Source: an uncultured Thermotogae bacterium (GTDB lineage Bacteria; Bipolaricaulota; Bipolaricaulia; RBG-16-55-9; JAJCYT01). Taken from it: a stretch of DNA of 64,000 nucleotides. Positions 62,428-64,000 of the stretch are shown piece after piece. Under the pieces are notes generated by a model. That model saw nothing but the letters and a program-made list of their open reading frames with translations. It made no database searches and was not told the DNA's origin. Location: NCBI GenBank assembly GCA_964572855.1, contig CAZNGF010000003.1:81-64080 (forward strand), read 5' to 3'. How positions within the stretch are numbered: position 1 is the stretch's first letter; each line of letters starts with the position of its first letter. A program made the position numbers and the translations under genes.

Positions 62428-63072
62428 TTAACGGCGCTCAGGGAACTGGAGCGCGTCGAAGTCGGCGCTGACCACGGCGTCGGCGCGCGCCTTGTGCCCC
62501 GAGATAATCCCGTGCTCGCGCTCGAGCACGTCCTGGACGAACGGTTCAAACGGGTCACGGGCGCGCTGCTTGCGCGCGTCGAGCGTGCGGTGGTAGTCCC
62601 GGTCGATGAAGGCGCGGAAGTCGGCGAATTCCAATAAGCTCGTGTAGGTCCCCTCGGCGATCAGGACGCGCCAGCCGGCGGTGTCGAGCTCCTCGGCCGT
62701 GACCCGGTCCTCGTCGTAGATCACCAGCGGCTTATAGAGCGGGTTCTCGCCGCGCTTGAAGGAGCGCACGTTCGAATCCAGAAAGTCGAGCTTGACCTCG
62801 TAGGGCCCCACCTGTTCCAGGTTGCGCTTGCGCATGGCGTGGTTGGTCTTGGGCGGGAACACGAAGTAGTCGTCCTGCTGCAGCACGCCGCTGGGCACGC
62901 CGCGCTCGTTGAACAGCCGGGCGATTTCCGAGGCCAGCTCGGACTTGCCCGAGCCCGACTCGCCCGCCACGGTCAGGGCGAACTTCTCGGTCAGGCGCCC
63001 GGCCAGCGCCTCGACCAGGTCCTGGGCGCGGGCGGTGTGGTGCGGCTCGATCACGAGCTTGTCGCCGATCAT
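62428..63072 (-). CDS. Uridine kinase/PRK-like P-loop kinase
   Basis: VAGESGSGKS, QQDDYF, IAEGTY; ATG overlaps the GT4 stop. Confidence 0.8.
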   Translation of the reverse strand: MIGDKLVIEPHHTARAQDLVEALAGRLTEKFALTVAGESGSGKSELASEIARLFNERGVPSGVLQQDDYFVFPPKTNHAMRKRNLEQVGPYEVKLDFLDSNVRSFKRGENPLYKPLVIYDEDRVTAEELDTAGWRVLIAEGTYTSLLEFADFRAFIDRDYHRTLDARKQRARDPFEPFVQDVLEREHGIISGHKARADAVVSADFDALQFPERR

Positions 63073-64000
63073 GTTCCCTCCTCGAAGTACTGTGCGGCCA
63101 GCGTCTCCGGCGCGATGTCGGTCTCGGGGCGCGGGTCCGTGAAGTAGGCGGGAATCGGTTCCCGCGCCCGCTCGGCCTCGCCCCCGGCCAGCGCGGGCTC
63201 GATGGCGTCCAGGTAGCCCCGCGCCGTGCGCGCCCAGGTGTAGCGGCGCTCGACGCGCTTGATTCCGGCGTCCCGGTACCCCTCCCAGTCGTCGCCCAGC
63301 ACCTCGAGCAGGCCGCGGGCCACGTCTCCCGGCGAGTCGGGATCGACCAGCGCGCCGTAGCGCGTTCCTCCGTCGTCGACCAGGCTCTCGCTCGGCCCGC
63401 CGTGGCGCGTGACGGCCGCGGGCAGGCCGCAGCTCATGGCCTCCAGCGGCGCCAGACCGAACGGCTCATAGAGCGCGGTGAGCGCGAACGCCCCGCGCCG
63501 TTCGGCCGCGAACCGGTAGGCCGCGGCCAGCTCGGCCTGGCTCTCCAGCGGGAAGGCCGTCACGGCGCCCCACAAATCGGCCTCCTCGATCAGATCCACA
63601 AGGTCGCCCATGAGGGCGCGTTCCGCGTCCTTCATGGGCGCGCGGTCGCGCAGCGGATCCTCGACGCCGCGCACGACGACCGCCAGGTTGGCCACGGCGC
63701 GCAAGGACGCCGACTCGGCGAAGGCGCGCACCAGCCCGGCGTGGTTCTTCTTGGGGTCGAGCCGGCTGGCGCAGATCACCAGCGGCAGCCCGCGCCGGCC
63801 GCGCTCGAGGTCGCGCGCCAGGGCGTGCTCGACCCGCTGCCGGATGTCCCCGTCCAGCTCGCCCTTTTCAGGAGAGAACACGCGCCGGTTGACGCCGGGC
63901 GGCACGACCGCGAAGCGCGCCGAGTCGGGCGCAATCGCGCCCGCGTAGGCGCGGTGCGCGAACTGCTCGCGCTGCTCCTGCCGCGTGCTCGCGATCACGC
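63069..64000 (-). CDS. GT4 glycosyltransferase, sucrose-phosphate synthase-like; 5' end outside the window
   Basis: ASTRQE..EQ....Y, VVPPGVN, SRLDPKKN..GLV.AF, ALYEPFGLAPLEAM.CGLP..VT.HGGP.E, YTW. Confidence 0.85.
   Translation of the reverse strand, partial: VIASTRQEQREQFAHRAYAGAIAPDSARFAVVPPGVNRRVFSPEKGELDGDIRQRVEHALARDLERGRRGLPLVICASRLDPKKNHAGLVRAFAESASLRAVANLAVVVRGVEDPLRDRAPMKDAERALMGDLVDLIEEADLWGAVTAFPLESQAELAAAYRFAAERRGAFALTALYEPFGLAPLEAMSCGLPAAVTRHGGPSESLVDDGGTRYGALVDPDSPGDVARGLLEVLGDDWEGYRDAGIKRVERRYTWARTARGYLDAIEPALAGGEAERAREPIPAYFTDPRPETDIAPETLAAQYFEEGT

Noticed and set aside
1-64000. tRNA, rRNA, integrase, transposase or prophage genes
   Set aside because: No cloverleaf, rRNA-like sequence or recombinase motifs were recognised by eye; a tRNAscan-SE/Infernal run would be needed to exclude them fully.

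Overview
Very GC-rich bacterial chromosomal segment. Modular secreted proteins carrying PKD domains, a 'D-x-N-x-N-G...AI..W..G..VP.T.G..I...LI..W.TG' helical module and a '...GRPLANGVYLY...KVVVLR' tail suggest Candidatus Bipolaricaulota/Acetothermia; this is my inference, not a database result. Left to right: a truncated lower-GC PKD/FecR-like surface gene missed by the ORF track; a frameshifted tgt 3' remnant; a cohesin-like lipoprotein; a NitT/TauT ABC unit whose permease carries a large duplicated phage-structural-like extracytoplasmic insert and has no adjacent binding protein; an AfsR/SARP-STAND regulator divergent from a large SBBP beta-propeller surface protein, with a SARP-type promoter between them; two TA-like pairs next to GTAG-type REP/REPIN repeats; housekeeping genes (M3 peptidase, prs); a GntR-led peptide/amide catabolic operon; a ROK-controlled sugar ABC operon containing a beta-propeller gene; a lower-GC AAA-wHTH gene; an M15 dipeptidase; archaeal-type mre11-rad50; a three-gene PKD/VWA surface operon built from a repeated Ig-like plus dockerin-like module; a DeoR/alpha-glucoside ABC locus with a leader uORF; and a P-loop kinase coupled to a truncated sucrose-phosphate-synthase-like GT4. 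No CRISPR array, rRNA, tRNA, integrase or transposase was seen. The best candidates for new biology are the modular surface-protein (cohesin/dockerin-like, CTD-sorted) system, the SARP-STAND-controlled surface propeller, and the repeat-fused ABC permease.
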